NCBI GenBank assembly: GCA_037445105.1
Contig: JBBILA010000001.1
Span: 1 to 38,686, forward strand
DNA length: 38,686 bases
Direction of reading: 5' to 3'
DNA from: Candidatus Microgenomates bacterium
Lineage (GTDB): Bacteria; Patescibacteriota; Microgenomatia; UBA1406; GWC2-37-13
Both the position numbers and the translations under genes were made by a program. Positions 37,162 to 38,686 of this stretch are shown piece by piece (position 1 is the first letter of the stretch; every line of letters starts with the position of its first letter). Below the pieces are notes generated by a model, which was given only the letters and a program-made list of their open reading frames with translations, was not told the DNA's origin and made no database searches.

Positions 37162-37203
37162 CGTTAAACGTTATACGTTATTCGTTATACGTTATACGTT
37201 ATA
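37162..37203. repeat. CGTTATA heptamer array, upstream flank (inverted relative to 36704-36731)
   Basis: cgttaaa cgttata cgttatt cgttata cgttata cgttata. Confidence 0.9.
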
Positions 37204-37218
37204 CTTTTATTCCTATAG

Positions 37219-37247
37219 TTGACAAACAAAATATCCTGTAGTATAAT
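37219..37247 (+). promoter_or_regulatory. Perfect consensus sigma70 promoter TTGACA-17-TATAAT
   Basis: TTGACA 37219-37224, TATAAT 37242-37247, ATG at 37254. Confidence 0.85.
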
Positions 37248-37253
37248 ATGGGC

Positions 37254-37907
37254 ATGAAAAAATTTATTTTTTCTCTTGTAGTTTTAATATTATTAACGTT
37301 ATACGTTCCACGTTACACGTTATTCGTTTATTCACAATACGGCCAATACGGCGGTGAAACTCCTTCTTATTCTATCATTGTTGATAAAATGGTTGGCAAA
37401 CCAGGGACATCAAATGACCCTCGTTCTTATGAGTATGTTGATAATCTTTCAGTTTCTGATCCAAGATTTAAACCTAATCAACTCGTTTTTTTCAAAATAA
37501 AAATCAAAAATACTTCAAGCACAAAAATCGTTGGTATGGAGGTGAGAGATACTGTCCCTCAATATCTTGATCCTTTGGAAGGACCAGGGACTTTTAACTC
37601 TCAAACTCGTGAGATCGTCTGGAATGCCGGCGATTTTGAAGTTGATGAGGAAAAAATCTTTTACATCAAAATGAAAGTATTACCACAAGCTAGTTTACCA
37701 GCTGATAGAGGATTATTTTGTGTTGTCAACTTTGTCAAAGCTACCTCTGCGAATGCTTATGATGATGACAGAGCTCAGCTTTGCATTGAAAAACAAGTGA
37801 CTGCCTCAAAAGTCCCCTCAGCTGGACCTGAGATGGGTCTGTTTTTACTTGGTGGAAATATTTTAGGAGTAGCTTTTGGAATAAGATTAAGAAAAGCGCA
37901 AAAATAA
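37254..37907 (+). CDS. Secreted DUF11-like Ig-fold surface protein with C-terminal sorting-signal-like tail
   Basis: Signal peptide; V.FKIKIKNT..V.DTVP..L DUF11-like pattern; VPSAG + TM + RLRKAQK. Confidence 0.75.
   Translation: MKKFIFSLVVLILLTLYVPRYTLFVYSQYGQYGGETPSYSIIVDKMVGKPGTSNDPRSYEYVDNLSVSDPRFKPNQLVFFKIKIKNTSSTKIVGMEVRDTVPQYLDPLEGPGTFNSQTREIVWNAGDFEVDEEKIFYIKMKVLPQASLPADRGLFCVVNFVKATSANAYDDDRAQLCIEKQVTASKVPSAGPEMGLFLLGGNILGVAFGIRLRKAQK
37297..37331. repeat. CGTTATA-family heptamers inside the signal-peptide region
   Basis: cgttata cgttcca cgttaca cgttatt cgtttat; encodes TLYVPRYTLFVY. Confidence 0.85.
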
Positions 37908-37961
37908 TAAATTAACCTAATTATTCTTTCTTATAATTTTTAATAATTAATAAACAAAAAC

Positions 37962-38396
37962 AAATTTTTAATCAATAATTAAATATCTTAATAATTAAAA
38001 TTAAGTTATTTTAGAAAGAATCTTAGAAAAAATTAAAACTAATTGATGCACCTCTTTCCAAATTAATCTAATTTTATCTTTTTCTTTAGAATTGGTGACT
38101 GCTAACATTCTAAGCCAATGAAGAGTTTCTTTTGCTTCTTTTTTACAAAGACTAATTTTATTTCTAAAATCTTTTTTAGAGTTACCTCCATTTGCTTCCA
38201 TATAATTAGCCCCAATTGAAGTTCCACTTCTTATTAGCTGTTTAATTAATACTTCATTAAAAATTGTTATCTTTAAGGATTGGCAAAATTTAATAACTTC
38301 TTCTCCTAATCTAGCAAGTTCTTTCTTCTAAATCAAATTTATCATTCATATTTTAAATTATTAATTTATTGAATATTAAATATTGATTAAAAATTT
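37962..38396. repeat. Perfect 16-bp inverted repeat bracketing the second four-helix-bundle gene
   Basis: AAATTTTTAATCAATA (37962-37977) and TATTGATTAAAAATTT (38381-38396). Confidence 0.8.
38001..38349 (-). pseudogene. Four helix bundle protein with a single-base frameshift
   Basis: ATG at 38349 gives MNDKFDLEERT, then an extra T (~38316). The other frame continues ARLGEEVIKFC..QLIRSGTSIGANYMEA..SKKDFRNKISLCKKEAKETLHWL; 115 aa when repaired. Confidence 0.88.
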
Positions 38397-38581
38397 ATTA
38401 TTAATTATTTATTATTTTTCTTAATATTGTCAATTGTCTATAACCTACAAAAATTCTTTAATTAAATTATTTTTTTACAATTATCTTCTACTTTCCAATT
38501 TTATCTTATATTTTCCCAATTTCGGCTATTTTTTATTGTCTGTGAATAAAAAAATTTAATTGATTATAATTAAAACTATAA

Positions 38582-38610
38582 TTGAAAAATAAGTTATTTT
38601 ATGATATACT
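38582..38610 (+). promoter_or_regulatory. sigma70 promoter TTGAAA-17-TATACT preceding a structured leader
   Basis: Near-consensus hexamers, followed by two hairpins (38623-38648, 38651-38668). Confidence 0.55.
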
Positions 38611-38686
38611 ATAGGTATATTTTCTCTAAGCTAAAGCTTGCTTAGAGATTGTCCCGAGAAATCGGGACCGCACCTTAAAATCGGGT

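Noticed and set aside
38001-38201. Stand-alone 66-aa protein from the ORF track
   Set aside because: It is the 3' part of the frameshifted four-helix-bundle gene starting at 38349.
36734-38349. Diversity-generating retroelement (Avd-like genes)
   Set aside because: No reverse transcriptase and no TR/VR pair with adenine-specific mismatches seen in the window.
1-38686. Alternative genetic code (TGA recoding as in Gracilibacteria/Absconditabacteria)
   Set aside because: Conserved genes are full length under code 11, Trp is read from TGG, and TGA ends yebC at its expected C-terminus.

Overview
Very AT-rich bacterial chromosome segment, standard genetic code. Gene content and style suggest a Patescibacteria/CPR (Microgenomates-like) genome; this is inference. 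It holds about 40 CDS: yebC, a Kef-type antiporter, DksA-like, Lgt-like, a glycan-modification cluster, an M29 aminopeptidase, DnaB with a full LAGLIDADG intein, isopentenyl phosphate kinase with uppS, and TrmH. It also has tRNA-Leu(CAA), tRNA-Thr(GGT) and a RAYT/Y1 transposase flanked by inverted REP-like palindromes. Two things stand out. (1) An apparent pyrimidine operon, argG(fused to a CarB-type MGS domain)-amidohydrolase-pyrD(class 1A)-pyrE-pyrF, has no carAB/pyrB/pyrC in the window and sits behind a candidate U-rich leader-peptide attenuator. This suggests a possible citrulline/argininosuccinate route into pyrimidine synthesis. (2) Two four-helix-bundle (IVP/Avd-like) genes are each bracketed by their own inverted repeat family. 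The same repeats recur as gene-less copies, as stacked intergenic arrays and, for the heptamers, as in-frame tracts inside unrelated genes. All calls are by eye; no searches were run.
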